Shown one piece after another: positions 1 through 13,469 of a DNA stretch of 63,040 nt. The notes under the pieces are model-generated. The model had not been told where the DNA came from. It made no database searches and saw only the letters and a program-made list of their open reading frames with translations. The stretch is taken from the NCBI GenBank assembly GCA_024137785.1, contig JAHRHZ010000263.1, forward strand, positions 29,521,648 through 29,584,687, written 5' to 3'. Within the stretch, counting starts at the first letter, position 1; every line of letters begins with the position of its first letter. The position numbers were made by a program, and so were the translations under genes. This stretch comes from Ginglymostoma cirratum (taxonomy: Eukaryota).

Positions 1-430
1 GCAGCATCAGAGGAGCAGGAAAGTTGACTTTTTGAGTCGGGACTCATCTTCAGAAACGGGGAGGGGGAAGGGAGCTCAGAAGTAAAGACTGGGGTGGGGC
101 TGGGGAAGGTAGTTGGGACGGTGATAGGTGAGTGCAGGTAGGCAGTGGTGGGGATTGGTCAGTGAGGTGGGTGGAGCGGATAGGTGGGCGAGAAGATGGA
201 CAAGTTGTGTCAGGTCAAGGAGGCAGGATGAGTGGGAGGTTTGGACATGGGATGAGGCAGGAGGTGGGGAGATTTTGAAACTGGTGAATTCTATGTTTAG
301 GCCATTGGGCTGTAGGCTCCCGAGGTGGAGCTCCTCCAGTTTTCAGGTGGTGTCACTGTGACACTAGAGGAGGCCCAAAATGGACATGTCACCCAGGAAG
401 TGGGAGGGGGAGTTAAAATGGTTGGTGCAG
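1..430 (-). mobile_element. Penelope-like element 3' fragment (pseudo-LTR plus end of the GIY-YIG region), truncated by the window edge
   Basis: Similar to the inverted arms at 23927-24540 and 34651-35150 (gcagcatcagaggagcaggaaag...; gggagattttgaa...; gagtgggagggggagttgaaatgg). Confidence 0.75.
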
Positions 431-1037
431 ATGCTCTACAAACACATGGTCAAATATAACCTATGAACCCAAAACACTCCTTTAGGGATTCCCAAAAAAA
501 ACCGCCGTAGAGTATGAAACTAAAGAAAAATGCATTTCTCTAACACCTGAATAGGTTTAATTTAGCCATAACTTCAACTCCCAATTTAGAAAATCTGATA
601 GATGTATGAAAGCTTCAGGAAGAGGCTGAGTTGAAGTATTTAATTTAAATTCTTTAAAACTCTTCTGGATTTTATCCAATTACTTCTAATGTGACACTAC
701 TTCTAAACTCTATATTCAACGCTGACCTATCGTTAACAAATCTAACTGACTTCTCCTTTTCTCAGGAGCAACTGCTTTACACATCCATCTTTACCCAAGG
801 GCATTTGCAGAACCGTCCCAAACTGAAACTTTTCTATGAATATTTTCCCAAAGCTTAAAAAACGTAAGTTCTGAAATTTCTAAGAAATCCTGATGCACAA
901 TTTTTTTACTCTGCTCTAACACAAACTCTCCTATGTACACAAAAACCCATTAATTCTGAAAGTTGGACTCTAAAAGTTGTTTTAAAAGAAATCACCGCGG
1001 CTACAGAAACACAAGTAAATCATTAATCCCTTCAACG

Positions 1038-1170
1038 TCAAAAATCACACAACACCAGGTTATAGTCAGAAAGCTTGTGTTTTCAAATAAACCTATTGGA
1101 CTATAACCTGGTGTCATATGATTTTTGACCTTGTCCAACCCAGTCCAACACCAGCGCCTACACATCATGA
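1038..1170. repeat. Short fold-back (inverted) repeat, probably derived from a Penelope-like terminus
   Basis: tcaaaaatcacacaacaccaggttatagtc (about 1038-1068) is the near reverse complement of gactataacctggtgtcatatgatttttga (about 1100-1129). A related copy lies at 1325-1520. Confidence 0.6.
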
Positions 1171-1324
1171 CCGACCCCTTCAGATAGACAGAATAAAAAA
1201 CTGTCTCACTCATTCAAAATTCAAACATCTAATTTTGAAAATAAATTATGTTAATAAATATGTATAAAAATCACACAACCTACATCACAATTGATATGCA
1301 GCATTGCAACTAGTGTACCTCACG

Positions 1325-1520
1325 GTCAGAAATCACATGCCACCAGGTTACAGTCCAACAGGTTTATTTGAAAACATGAGCTTTTGGAGCCTCGCTCCTT
1401 CTTCAGGTGACAAGGCTCCAAAAGCTTGTGATTTCAAATAAACCGGTCAGACTACAACCTGGTGTTGTGTGATTTCTGACCTTGTCCACCCCTGTCCAAC
1501 ACCGGCACCTCCACATCATA
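1325..1520. repeat. Fold-back repeat with a degenerate hammerhead core in its centre
   Basis: Arms of about 70 bp at 1325-1393 and 1412-1481 are near reverse complements. The minus strand of the centre reads CTGAAGA-aggagc-gag-gctcc-AAAAG. Confidence 0.6.
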
Positions 1521-3489
1521 GTTTACCTCATGTTACACGTCTTCAGCATATGTCATCAATTGAGTTTAAAGAACCTTTTGTACTATTAGCAGTTGAATGC
1601 TAAAGGCAGGAAGAGACAATTCCAGCTACACATGGAGAGATTATTAACCGGACTGAGGCGATGCACAGTGCCTTTCATCGATGACTATGCCTTTAAGACA
1701 ATATGCCTTCAGCTGTCTAACAGAAAGGCACTGTTATTATTTGTTTTGTGGCCAAACCTGCCACATGAACAACATTAATAACACATCTGGCCTCAGATGA
1801 TCTAAGCTCAATTGCAATGTGGTAGTCATCTATCTACCTGAAACCACTGTGGATAACAAGTCAAATATTTGATACTCCCACATGCAGCATAGACAACAAG
1901 GCAATCTATTTCTAGTATCAGCAAAGGATCATGCAAATGAACTACAATTAAGATTTGTCACAGGTCCTTCAATGGTAAATTTTATTACACTGATATTCCA
2001 TCTACAGTACATTAACCCTTGAATGTTTACATATGTATAGAATACCAAGTAAAGTAAAATCCAGATCTCACAGGCTGTGAATTGAAGTCAATGGGGGGAA
2101 ATCCTCCATAACTACCATCTTGGACATGGTTCATAGTTTGTGATCAACCTCAGACAGTTCGTTGCAAAACAAATTGCACACGAAGTAGAAATTGGTTCAA
2201 TTGGAATTGGTTGCAGAAACAACACAGAGTGGGAAAGAGAGGAATGAAAATGGAGAAACTATGCAGATCGAGTGTTGCTATGTTCTCTGACAGAGTGCTG
2301 ATGGTTTGGCTGGAAGAGGGATATCCTCTACCCAGAACGGGCCAAGATGTTCTCTATCCAGGTGACAATTGGAAGGCAGTAACACCAGATGTACATCATC
2401 TGTCATTGACAGCTAGTGGACCTATGCAGTATAAGTTTAAGATCCTCATGAGATGTCAATGTCAGTGAACGCATCTTCAAATGTCATACCCTTACAAAAT
2501 GAATGACTAGATTCACACACAGTTCCAATCACCACCCCTTGTTTCAACGAACTGCCAGATACTCCATCCCACATGATTTATACTAATATTCTTCAACTGA
2601 TCACAACAAAGTTTAATTTTAAAAATGGAGGTGGTATTGCTAATAATAGATATTAGGTTGTATGTGAATCAACATCAGAAACAGTCAAGTTCTTTACGTA
2701 CTAAATAAACAACTCATTCATTGTAAACAAAACTTACTCAAGCAAATATGTAAAAATGATTAACAAAAGGTTTAAACCACAACTACCTTTCTTCAAAAAC
2801 ACACACACACAACACCCAAGTCTAGGGAAAAGAATCTAAACACTCTGCAGAATTTTACCTTGAAGGTATTTTGGAAAGTTAACAATCAAATTCAGAAAAA
2901 GAATTATTCACAGATAGTCCCAAAAGTTGGTCTGTAGCCAAATTCACTTTTCACATAAGCTGGTCTGCACCAGGGTGTCTTCCTGGGGTGACCAAATTAA
3001 TTTTTCTGTAGACAGTGGTGTAGATTTCAAAGATTTTTTTAAGGAATCCTTCACGTGTGGTGGTGAAGTCCTCATTTGGGTTTCTATATCACAAACTTTG
3101 ATGAGAGGGGTTTCAAAGAAAAAGGAAGAGGACAAATGCTGTTGCTCCTGCAGCAACGTATCTTGGACTTTTCATGTTCAAATCCATTACCTTTATTTGA
3201 CCCCACAATCTGAGTCAGGACACTGCTCTCTGAAAGTGTTACAGACATTGCATGTCCATCCAAGCAGCTTGTTCCTTGCAAATGCAACACTGTCACTGTT
3301 GTAACCAGTATCATGTCTTCAGGCAGTGTTATTAAAAATTCATATATTAGTTTAATTGCTATTTTAAATAATGCTTTATTATTATACTTATTCATAATAT
3401 TAGTCTCATCACCCTAGAATGTTTGGTACTAAAAGCCTCCCACATAATCTGACAGCTTGTACATAGTAGATGTGGTATACCTCCAGTTA

Positions 3490-4990
3490 GTTTGTGTTTT
3501 GAAATTTGTGACGTCTTTGACAATCTAATTAGTACCCCAAAATCAAAAACTCCAGCATATACAGGGCAGGTGCATCTTGGAGATTCAGCTAGATGAGTTT
3601 CTGGGAGGTTTGCACATTCTGTCTGATACTTTGACTTCCATATATGTGTTCCTGATGAAGTATCATGATACGTTTGACGCCTTGCCAAATGAACCTTCTC
3701 CATTTTCGATGGTCACAAACCTCCCATGAGTCAGTTTGACCCCTTCAGAGATTGTTGTCGAAAGGCCGTAAAACATTTCCTGCCATGACTATGTTCCGAA
3801 TAGAGCAATTGCTTGGGGAAGCTGATGTCAGATATACAAATGACATATCTTATCCAGTGGAAATAGTTTTAAGTGATCAGCACCTTGATGCCGTGCACCT
3901 TGGTATGGGAGTCAATGCTATTATTGGACAGCCTTTCTTGCCACCGGATTTGGAGGATTTTGAAAGGGCACAGCTGCTAGAACTTCACCAGTGGCTTGAG
4001 GTGACTATTGTAGGCTGTCCAGGTTTCTATATGATAGGGAGGTGTAAGGATCACTGCTGCCTGGTGAACCATGACCTTGGTCTCGGGTTTGGGATCCTGA
4101 ACCTCAAAAGTTCTTTTCCTAGTCAACTGAAAGCTCAGCTAGCACATTGGGTGACTATGAATTTTGTTGTCCATATTTGCCATTGTCAAGAGGGTGTTTC
4201 ATTCTCCAGGAGCTTGCAATTGATCTTAGTTGATGGAGGAGGTGTCATGCTTCGGAAACTGGCTGGAAGAGTTTTCCATGTGTTTAGTGAAAGGCTGATT
4301 TTCTCATTTGCTTCAGAGGAGTTGACAGTGACCTAAAGCTCAATTTTTGGGTGAGCACATGCACTGCTGTTATCTACACTTGGAATTCAATGACTGGAGT
4401 TGTGTGATTTTGGTTTTGGATTGAAGGTGACAAAGGTTATCTCTATACCTGTGATTGATTTGCTGGAGTTGAGATGCAACATTACAGACAGGAAGATGGT
4501 GAACACGGTTGGCATGATAACATAGCTTTGTTTGACCCCAGCCTTCAAGGATATAGGGGTGATTCCATTGGTAAGGGTCAAGGCTTTCATATCTTTCTAG
4601 ATTAGGCAGAGAATGTCAACAGATTTGAGATGGCAGCTAAATTTGAGGAGAGTACTCAATAAGTCTTTGTGGTTGACAGAATGAGAGGCTTTTGTAAAGC
4701 TGAGAAAGGCCATGAGCAGTGCTGGGTGTTTCTCTTTGCATTTTTCATGAGTTCATTGTGCATTGAAGATTATGTCAGTGGTGCTCCTCATTCAGTAAAA
4801 CCCATACTGTGACTCTGAGACAAATATTTTAACCACTAGCAGGAGGTGATTGAGGAGGATCCTTGTAATGATTTTCTTGATGGCAAGCAGCAGGGAGACT
4901 CCTCTGTAGTTACTTCATTTCTTCAGAGCAGACATTCCTACACTTGAGGCAACACACGAGGCCAAGCAGGAATTCTACACTGATGTTGAA
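3490..4990 (-). mobile_element. Degenerate RTE-clade LINE, reverse-transcriptase region
   Basis: Minus-strand remnants of RT motifs: NYRGVSLL (about 4890-4915), SESQYGF (about 4800-4820) and GVKQSYVIMPTVF (ORF 4387-4590, the GVKQGC..PTLF motif). Many stops and frameshifts. Confidence 0.7.
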
Positions 4991-5007
4991 CAATGTGTTG
5001 TGCAATA

Positions 5008-5215
5008 AAAACCCGAAAGAACTGCGGATGCTGTAAATCAGGAACAAAAACAAAATTGCTGGAAAAGCTCAGCAGGTCTGGCAGCATCTGTGAAGGGAAA
5101 AAACAGAGTTAACATTTCGGGTCCAGTGACCCTTCCTCAGAACTGAGGAACATTTTCCTTCACAGATGCTGCCAGACCTGCTGAGCTTTTCCAGCAACAT
5201 TGTTTTTGTTCTTGA
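5008..5215. repeat. Penelope-derived fold-back element with a minimal hammerhead motif on the minus strand
   Basis: The arm at about 5038-5100 (caggaacaaaaacaaaattgctggaaaagctcagcaggtctggcagcatctgtgaagg) is mirrored at about 5155-5215. The minus strand of about 5107-5145 reads agtt-CTGAGGA-agggtc-actg-gaccc-GAAATGTT-aact. Confidence 0.7.
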
Positions 5216-7249
5216 ATATGTTTTGCAAGTCTGAACAGACAAAAAGTTGATCCTCATTAGAAATGTCATGCCAGAGTCAGGAAGGACATGAATCTGCAGA
5301 AAGCTGTGCTTAGCAGTGGACAACAAACTCAAATTGGGTGCTCCTTTTGATAAAACATCAATAATATACTACTTGTCATTACCAAAATCCTGGTTCACCA
5401 GCGAAACAGGCACAACAGTTCATGCAACACCCATGGTCGCTAACTAGACTTGTTCATTGTTTGAACAAGGGACCATATAAATGTCCACATCAGCCACGTC
5501 ATGACAGGTTACCAATGACTGCTGGATTGACCAATCACCACCTTGTCAGATATGCCATTTCTACAGCCTGGTCCCAAACAATGGAGGCAGCAGAAGTATC
5601 AAAGAAGCCACTAAAGCAGCTGTTCTCAATCAGCACTTCAGTGCCAACCTCTCAGTCCTCCAGCCATCAGGAGCTACAATAGACAAAATTCCTGGTCAAC
5701 CCTAAATTCCACCATAACAAGCAACTGTGATGCATCCTTTGCAGGTTTGTGATATATTTAATCATGCCCGATGGACTACCGCTGATGTGCAAGGAACAGA
5801 AGCTTAAGATTATGGAGTTAAGGTGTTTTGTGGGCCAGATGAATGAAACAGAGTCAGATTTACATGCAGGAGGGTGGGGAGTTTTGGAAAGTTGAGTGCC
5901 ACGTCTTGTGCTTCAAATGTTCCCTCCTCCAAACAGTTTTGATCAAGGCAGTGTCAAACAGGCATCAACTACACACATGGCAGCAGCAGATAGGTCATTA
6001 AGATTAATTCAATGGCCACTTGGTGGGCACATGAGTGGATCCTTCTCAAAGTGAACATGCTGCACACAGAGGCCAAAGACCAGCAGAAACCAGGAGACAG
6101 GGCAAATGAGAACCTTTTCAGTTCACCCCAATCTGAACCACAGGTATTCAACGGCCATAGCCTCCATAATGATGGTCTGGTAGCTATGGTCACACATAGT
6201 TGACCTTTCTTCCCTCCATCCACAACTCGTAACCCACAACCCTCAGGGCTCCCAATGGTCCTCCCCAGCCTGTGAAGCCCATCTGCCATCCCTATTTGGA
6301 GAGAGCTCCAAGGTGCAGCCTATAAGACTTGACCACCACCAGCCTGGCTCAAGTTGAATTATTGCCCCTTGTGGAACGTTTCACCACCTGAGGAATAGGA
6401 CTTAACTGAGAAGTCAATGAATCCATGAAAGGGAGGCACAGAGGAGAAGCATAGCAAAATAGTACGTTTCTAAACCACATTAAGTCAGGAAAATTTCATC
6501 TTTTCTCTCCAGAGGATAATGACCTCAACTGGAACAATGTATCATAATAATTATCCTAAGGATCTTTAAGCGTGCTGCTTCAAATCATCCAAAGTATTCA
6601 CCATAGTTTGCTTTCAATAGAATATACATGCAGAGCTTGGCAAAGGTATAACAAAGATATTCGGTAATGCTCCTCTCTTCTACACACACAACCATTTTTT
6701 TTGGTTCTCCAAATGTGTAACCCCTTGAGCACAGACTGTCGCAAGACGCAATATCTTCAGGAGGGAGGGAACAGGAGAAAATTGGCTGAGATGTTTTTGC
6801 AGCACGTCTTCCTGTTGGCAGGAAATACCATTCAAGAACACAGAAAATTGTGTCATGGATTAATAGTAACTCTGGTTAGCACACTTACTGCCAAAGGATG
6901 CTTTCACACCCACGCACAGGTCTGCAGGAAAGATTGATATGGAAATTGTGTCTAATTATTTTCTCATGAAATGGTAATTCTGGATCACCAGCTGTCCTCA
7001 CATAAAAGTGACTCAAATCCACAAAAAAAAACTCAAGCAGCAGATTCTAAAATAACATGAAGAATGAATTAAAAATTCTGTTAACCCTAATCTCACTGTG
7101 TCGGATGATGCATTTATTTCCTTAGGACTTATTTACCCACAGAATGTCGTAACTATCAAAGAGATCATAACTATTAGCAAGGCTACATTTTTAGAATTGT
7201 ATTTCACCTCCTTCCCCATACGGATTGTTTTTAGTAGGGCACAACGTTA

Positions 7250-7920
7250 AATACATTGGATGTCCAAACAGGTTTGGGTGTACAGGAGCATAGCTCTTTA
7301 AAACGCAATGAACAGGAGCAGAAAATAGTCAAGAAGGCTAATGGAATGCTGGCCTTCATAGCTCAAGGTCTGGAGTATAAGGATGCAGACATTATGCTGC
7401 AGTAATACAAAACCCTAGTTAGACCCCATTTAGAGAACTTTGAGCAGATCGGGGAACCACACCTTAGGTAGGGTACTTTGGCCCTGGCAGGAGTTCAGTG
7501 CAGGTTTACAAGGATTATACTGGACTTCAGTGGTTAGGTTATGAGGAGAGATTAGATAAATCAGGCCTTTATTCTCTAGAATTTAGAAGGTTAAAGGGTG
7601 ATCTAGTCGAGATTTTCAGGATATTAACAGGGAAAGACAGGGGTAGACAAAGATAAACTATTTCCACTGAGTGAAGATTCTAGAACCAGGGGCAGAGTCT
7701 AAGAATTAGGGCCAGGCCATTCCGGCGAGATCTTAGAAAGCACTTATATACACAGAGTAGTGGAGATCTGGAACTTCCTTCCTCAAATAGTGATCATTGC
7801 TAAATCAATTGTTAAATTTAAATCTGAGAGAGACAAATTTTTATTAAGAAAGGGCTTTAAGAGGTATGGGCCCAAGGCAGATTTGAGGGGCTGAATGGCA
7901 TCTTTCTGTTCCTCTGTTCT
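7250..7920 (+). mobile_element. CR1-like LINE 3' fragment
   Basis: Typical CR1 ORF2 C-terminal DNA (aagaaggctaatggaatgctggccttcat; tacaaaaccctagttagacccca; ttaaagggtgatct...) plus 3' UTR. Degenerate. Confidence 0.7.
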
Positions 7921-8959
7921 TGACAGAAGTGAACTTGAAAATCTGTTTGATCTTTATGCGAGTTATAGAGTTCAGGTGTGAACAGATATTTGACAGTGAA
8001 CAGCAAAACCAAAGATTACCTAAATAATCATTCACTCAGAGAGTGGTGAGAATTTGGAGCTTACTACCATGTAAAATGGTTGAGACAAATAGCATAGATT
8101 CTTTAAGAGGCAGCTTGATAAGTCTACCAAGATGAAAGGAATACAGTATGTTCAGAAGGTGAAACAGGCTGGGTTAGAGACGGCACATGCACAGCAATGT
8201 CACATTGACAGGCAGCTGCATTTCAGGTTCCAAAAACTGGCATATTTCTGTCATGAAGAAAAAGACAGCCTTCACTGATATTGCCTGTAAGAAAAATGGT
8301 ATGCATTCAGGACACACTAATGGTATGGATGCTCAGACATTGAGTGATGCTTGTGAGCATCAGACAGCTCTTTTCCAGCATCATCTGTGTCCTTATCATC
8401 ATCATCCTCAAATGATGGGAACAGTGGAATCCCAACAGGCAGAAGATCTGTTATTCACTATACAGGAGCCCATTAAATTTTTAGAAAGTTTCTTACAGGA
8501 CCTTTGAATTCTGATAAACTGTCATGTCTACATGGAGGAAATGAATTGCAGAATCTTATCCTCACGTGATCTTAAAGATCTCTTCCTGCCTGTGGGGCAC
8601 AATCCTCACGGGCCACTACTTCCACTTTTCTAGTGGCAATAATTAACAGGGTTGGTAGGTAGGCAAAAACACAGAAATCATGGAGGTATTTAGTGACTCC
8701 TTGTAAGGAAAGCTGGAGCAATCATGTTGCATGTGGCCATAACAAGTGCACAGTTCTGAGTCAGAGTTCCACATTTATCAGAAAGGAAGCTGTTCTTATT
8801 AATTTTTACTTCTGTACCTTATTTCAATAACATCAATAATTTGTGTTTTTACAACAGTTTAATGGTATTAGAACATCTCAGGACACTTCACAGTAATATT
8901 ATAAAACAAAATATGACATAGCATCCCGTAAAGAAATATTAGGGCAGTTGACCTGCTCC

Positions 8960-10020
8960 TAATTCATATATCACCGGGAGCCTATTGGTTTAGTGAGTAC
9001 AGAGGTGATGGGTGAATTGTGTCCTTGTACATGTATCACAAAATGCTCACATCCAAGTTCACCAAGTAATAGGATAGGCAAAATGAATGTTGGCTTTTAT
9101 TTCCAATAGAGTGGTGTTGGAAAACTACAGCAGTCTTCATAAAATTATACAAGGCTTCAGTCAGACTACAAGTTGAATACTGTGAACAATTTTAGCCCCC
9201 TTGATGAAGAAAACATATTCTGGCAGTAGAGACAACCCAGAAAATGTTTAATAGGTGATTTCACATATGACAAGATTTTCTTTTAGGAGACGTTGAGTAG
9301 GTTGGGCCTGTATTCAATGGAGTTTATAAGAATGACAGATGACCTTATCGAAGCATACAAGTTTCTTAGGAGATTGACAGGGTAGATACAGAGAGATTGT
9401 TTCACCTCTTAGCAGAATCTAGGACCAAAGGGCATAATCTTAAGAGTAAAGGCTCACCAACTGACAGAGATGAGGAGGTTTTTTTTTCCTTTCAAAGGCT
9501 AGAGAATCGATGGAATTCTTTGCCTCAGATGGTTGTCTAGAATGGGTCATTACGTATTTTCAAGGCTGAGATACTCAGATTTTTAATCAGTAAGGGAATC
9601 AACGATTATGAACAAAAGTCAGGAAAGTAGGGTTAAAGATTATCAGATCAGCCTCATGATGTCATTGATTGGCAGAACATACTCAAATGGATCAAATGGC
9701 CTACTTTGGCTCCTGGTATTATGGGTCCAGAACAAGAGGTTACGGTCTCAGGATATGCACTGAGCCATTCTAGTCTGAGATGAAGAGAAGATTCATCATT
9801 GAGATGGTACTGACCCTGTGGAATTTTCCACCTCACAAGGCTGTTGAGGTGAAATCACTGAATATATTTAGGAAGTAAGTAGATTTCTAGAAGATAGATT
9901 GTGTCATGAATGTGATGAGAGAACAAGTGAATACAGAATTGAGATACAGGAACAATCCTGATGGTGTTGAATGGATTCTACAGGCTGAGTGCCTACTCCT
10001 GCTTCTATTTTCTAAGTTCC
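8960..10020 (+). mobile_element. CR1-like LINE 3' fragments (at least two)
   Basis: CR1 3' region signatures (gacagatgaccttatcgaagcataca; aggaccaaagggcataatc; gatcaaatggcctactttggctcct). Confidence 0.65.
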
Positions 10021-10642
10021 TAAAAAATTTAAGAAATTGCCCTTTTTTAATTCATTTATTCATGGGATATGGGCATTGCTATCAAGGCTAGCATTTAATG
10101 ACTTTACATTTAATGGCCTTTCAGAAGGTAATTACCTTCTTGAACTACTGGGATCCATCTGGTTTTGTGCATCCACATTGATGTTGAGGAAGAAATTCTG
10201 ATCTGTCAATAGTGAAGAAACAAAAATGTACTTCAAATTGAGGATGATACATGACTTTGTAAAGAGCTTGCAGGGGGCAATATTCCACGTGCTGTCAAAA
10301 GAGCCCAAGCAAGCTACTGCAGTGTATCTTGTTGACGTCACACACCACAACCTCAGACTGTCTACGGTGCAGGGAGAAATGTTGAAAGCAGTGGATGAGG
10401 TGCTAATCAAACAGGCCTATATGTCATGGACAGTATTGAGTTTTTTGTGACTTATGTAAGTTGCACTCATCTAGGCATGCTAGAAATATTCTATCACACT
10501 CCTGAAGTGTGCCTTGTATTTGGTGGGGACAGGCTTTGGGAGGCAGGAGGCTGCAAATCACACATCAGAGGTTCCGGGCTAAATAAGCTGCTCCCACAAT
10601 GCTGTGAAAGCTGACCAAAGTCAAAAACTCCATGGTACTCAC

Positions 10643-10683
10643 CACTGGCATCTCCTCATATGAACGTATAGAAGACAATCTGT
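10643..10683 (-). CDS. CCDC169: CCDC169 coding exon 4 (41 nt): (D)RLSSIRSYEEMPV
   Basis: tatag| acceptor and |gtgagt donor, phase 1 to 0. The peptide matches recalled human CCDC169 DRLSSIRVYERMPV. Confidence 0.9.
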
Positions 10684-11023
10684 CTATAAATAGATACAAA
10701 AAAGTATCTCTCAGGAATTACTTTACTTATATTTTTAAGTGGGCTTTGTGAAAAGGCAGTAAAGAAATGGGATTCTAAAGTAATTTAAAGCAAAATAATT
10801 AAGTGATAAAATGATCAACTGATGTTTATTCTACTTGTATAAACAATTCATAGCGTTGATTTATATTGCGTTTTTAGAAACTCTATATAAATTTTAATCT
10901 CCTTTTGACATAATGGATTTTACTTCTGTATTAAATTCAATTGACCCAAAGCTATTTAATATTATGTACAGGAAATAAACAGCATTTTACAAAAGAAATT
11001 AAGATAGTAGTATTGTGAAATTA

Positions 11024-11179
<156 letters not shown>

Positions 11180-11284
11180 TTACATTTTCATACTGTACTG
11201 TATTCATAAAGTTATTTCTAAAAAGAAGTGTTTTATGCCTGGAGTAAAGAATACTGCTTGATTAAAACTTTTCTTCTTACATAC

Positions 11285-11367
11285 CTTCATCTTCAATTCT
11301 GTCTAATCGCTTTTCCAGTTGAGACACTGTGTTTCGCAAATCAGAAGCAGATAAGTCAAGCATGTCC
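11285..11367 (-). CDS. CCDC169: CCDC169 coding exon 2 (83 nt): (R)DMLDLSASDLRNTVSQLEKRLDRIEDE
   Basis: aaacag| acceptor and |gtatgt donor. Phase 2 to 1 joins exons 1 and 3 in frame. The coiled-coil peptide aligns with recalled human [21 protein letters not shown]. Confidence 0.88.
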
Positions 11368-12978
11368 CTGTTTAACAAACAAGAGGTAGTACACTAAAAT
11401 CATATAAAATTATAGTAAAACCCAAGCAGATTATTTCAAGTGCTTGAGATGAGTTTTTAAAATTTAGACACAGTAATAAGGTTAAAAAAAAAGTTTCTGC
11501 GCACTTAAAAGGGATTAATATTAACACCACCAGAAGAACGGTTTTTAAACATACTTACGATATTGCTATACATCCTTACAACAGTTTCTAAAATGCATCA
11601 TACGTAATTGTAATACGATATCACAGTTTTTCCATTTCCATAACTTGGAAATTGAACTGATTGAATAAAGTCTTCCACATGAAATACATTCTGATTTCCC
11701 ACCTGTGATAAGGGAAAGGAACTGGTGATCTTCGAAAGCTAGGGGAAATAAACATTGTAGGGCAGCCTAATAGGATTAAAATGTGATTGCAATTTCAATT
11801 TAAAGCATTGTCTGCTGTAGAAATGCTCAATATTATCTCACACTGATGAGCATAAATTTCCACTGCCTCAAAGTATCATTTTTTTGAGAATTTGCAGAAG
11901 TAACAGAATCAAGAAAAACAAATGAAATGTTGCAGAACAAGAACAATTATGGTTTGTTATGTTGTTAGTGGTGTTACTGTGAAACTATATGCTATCATCT
12001 CAAAAGCAAGCTGCCTGAATCCTTCATCTTAACCTCAAACTCAAGAACCCAGTTGAAAGCCTTAATTTTCAGTTCATTACTGCTTAAGCGTATTGCTTCT
12101 TGCAAACACAAAGAAGTGACCATTAATAGTTAGAATTATGTTAGAATTGATTTTAAAATTAATTTTAATTAATTAATTTAAAAATTCTGTTGAAAGAGAA
12201 TTTTAATAGACTTTGAATTCTACCATGCATTTTAAATTGTAACCTATTTAACATAAAAATATTCCATCACAAGTTAATAAGGAATACACTATTACCATGC
12301 CTGCTAAGGAAATCTGTAAAATAACCAGGGCTACACAGTGGTGTAAAACTACCACTTCAAATCCAGTCATTATAGCATTAATACTTAGGAAGCTCTTCTA
12401 ACAATATCCCAAGTCTTAGGCTGATTTAAGCTACAACAGCAGCATGGGTGTGAGCAGTTTTTACTTGAACTAATACTCTTTTCTTTTGCTGGCATCCCAA
12501 CCAAACTTGCCTAGGCAGTCTAGCCATGCTTAATGAGTTAGTTTGGGCATAGACTCTGCAATTGCAGTCCAACTTTAGAGATAATGATAGGTAAAACGAA
12601 TTTTCATTAACACCACCATCATAATGTGATCTTTCAATGTCTTCGAGACTAGTATTAGCCACAGATAAAAAAAGCAATGTTGTACAGTTATAATCAGCAT
12701 AAATTTGTCTGACACCTGTTATGAATATTTACAGCTGGGTGCAAAAGCATGCAGGTTATGTTACTGGACCAGTAGACAAATGATCCAGACAAAGAAGTTC
12801 AAATTCCATCAAAACAGCTGCAGAATTTAAATTTAATCGATTAAGGAAATTTGGATTTAAAACCTTTGTTTAAAAATAGTGACTATGAAATGAAGCCGGA
12901 ACAGCACAGATCTCAGAAATATAAGCTTCCAGGATACCGGACAGGACTTTTAGGATATGGTTCCTCACAGATGACTTG

Positions 12979-13140
12979 CAGTGTTCCCTCTAAGCTGTAT
13001 CCACAGCCACTTTGATGATTTATTTGTGATGATAGGCACGGCCATTCCGGTTGCAGCATTGACATCTGGTCTTGGAAGTCATTGCAGTACATGGGCCTTG
13101 GAGGCCCACAAAGCCAGTAAGTAAATTAGAGGGAACACTG
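12979..13140. mobile_element. 162-bp hAT-superfamily MITE
   Basis: Perfect 15-bp TIRs cagtgttccctctaa (12979-12993) and ttagagggaacactg (13126-13140). The 8-bp flanks atgacttg and atggcctg match at 6/8, consistent with a decayed 8-bp TSD. Confidence 0.8.
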
Positions 13141-13469
13141 ATGGCCTGTACATAGATGGAATGAAACACTTTTCTGTTATGATAGCTTATTATGATGTGG
13201 TGCTCTCAACACAAAGTGTTTACAGTCTATAGTGCCCTATGCCTGTGGGAAGCTGGCTGCGTTGACAAAGCCTAATGCCCGGGCTGCAGCACTGGCCTTG
13301 TTACAAGGAAACAAACAAGTGGTTTATCAGTCATAAATCACATTGGTCACAGCCTTGATACATTTGTGCGGCAAGAATTGAGAGATCCGCGATTGGTCTC
13401 CAGTGATTCTTGGAAGCAGCAAGTTGTATAAATATTTAGTACAGCTGTCACCTTGACAGTCCCAAGATG

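Noticed and set aside
3752-4336. 194-aa plus-strand ORF
   Set aside because: Antisense to a decayed RTE LINE, with no recognisable protein features.
1-10642. Downstream CCDC169 exons and SOHLH2 expected from human synteny
   Set aside because: I found no matching peptide by eye. They probably lie beyond the left edge, although a diverged exon could have been missed.
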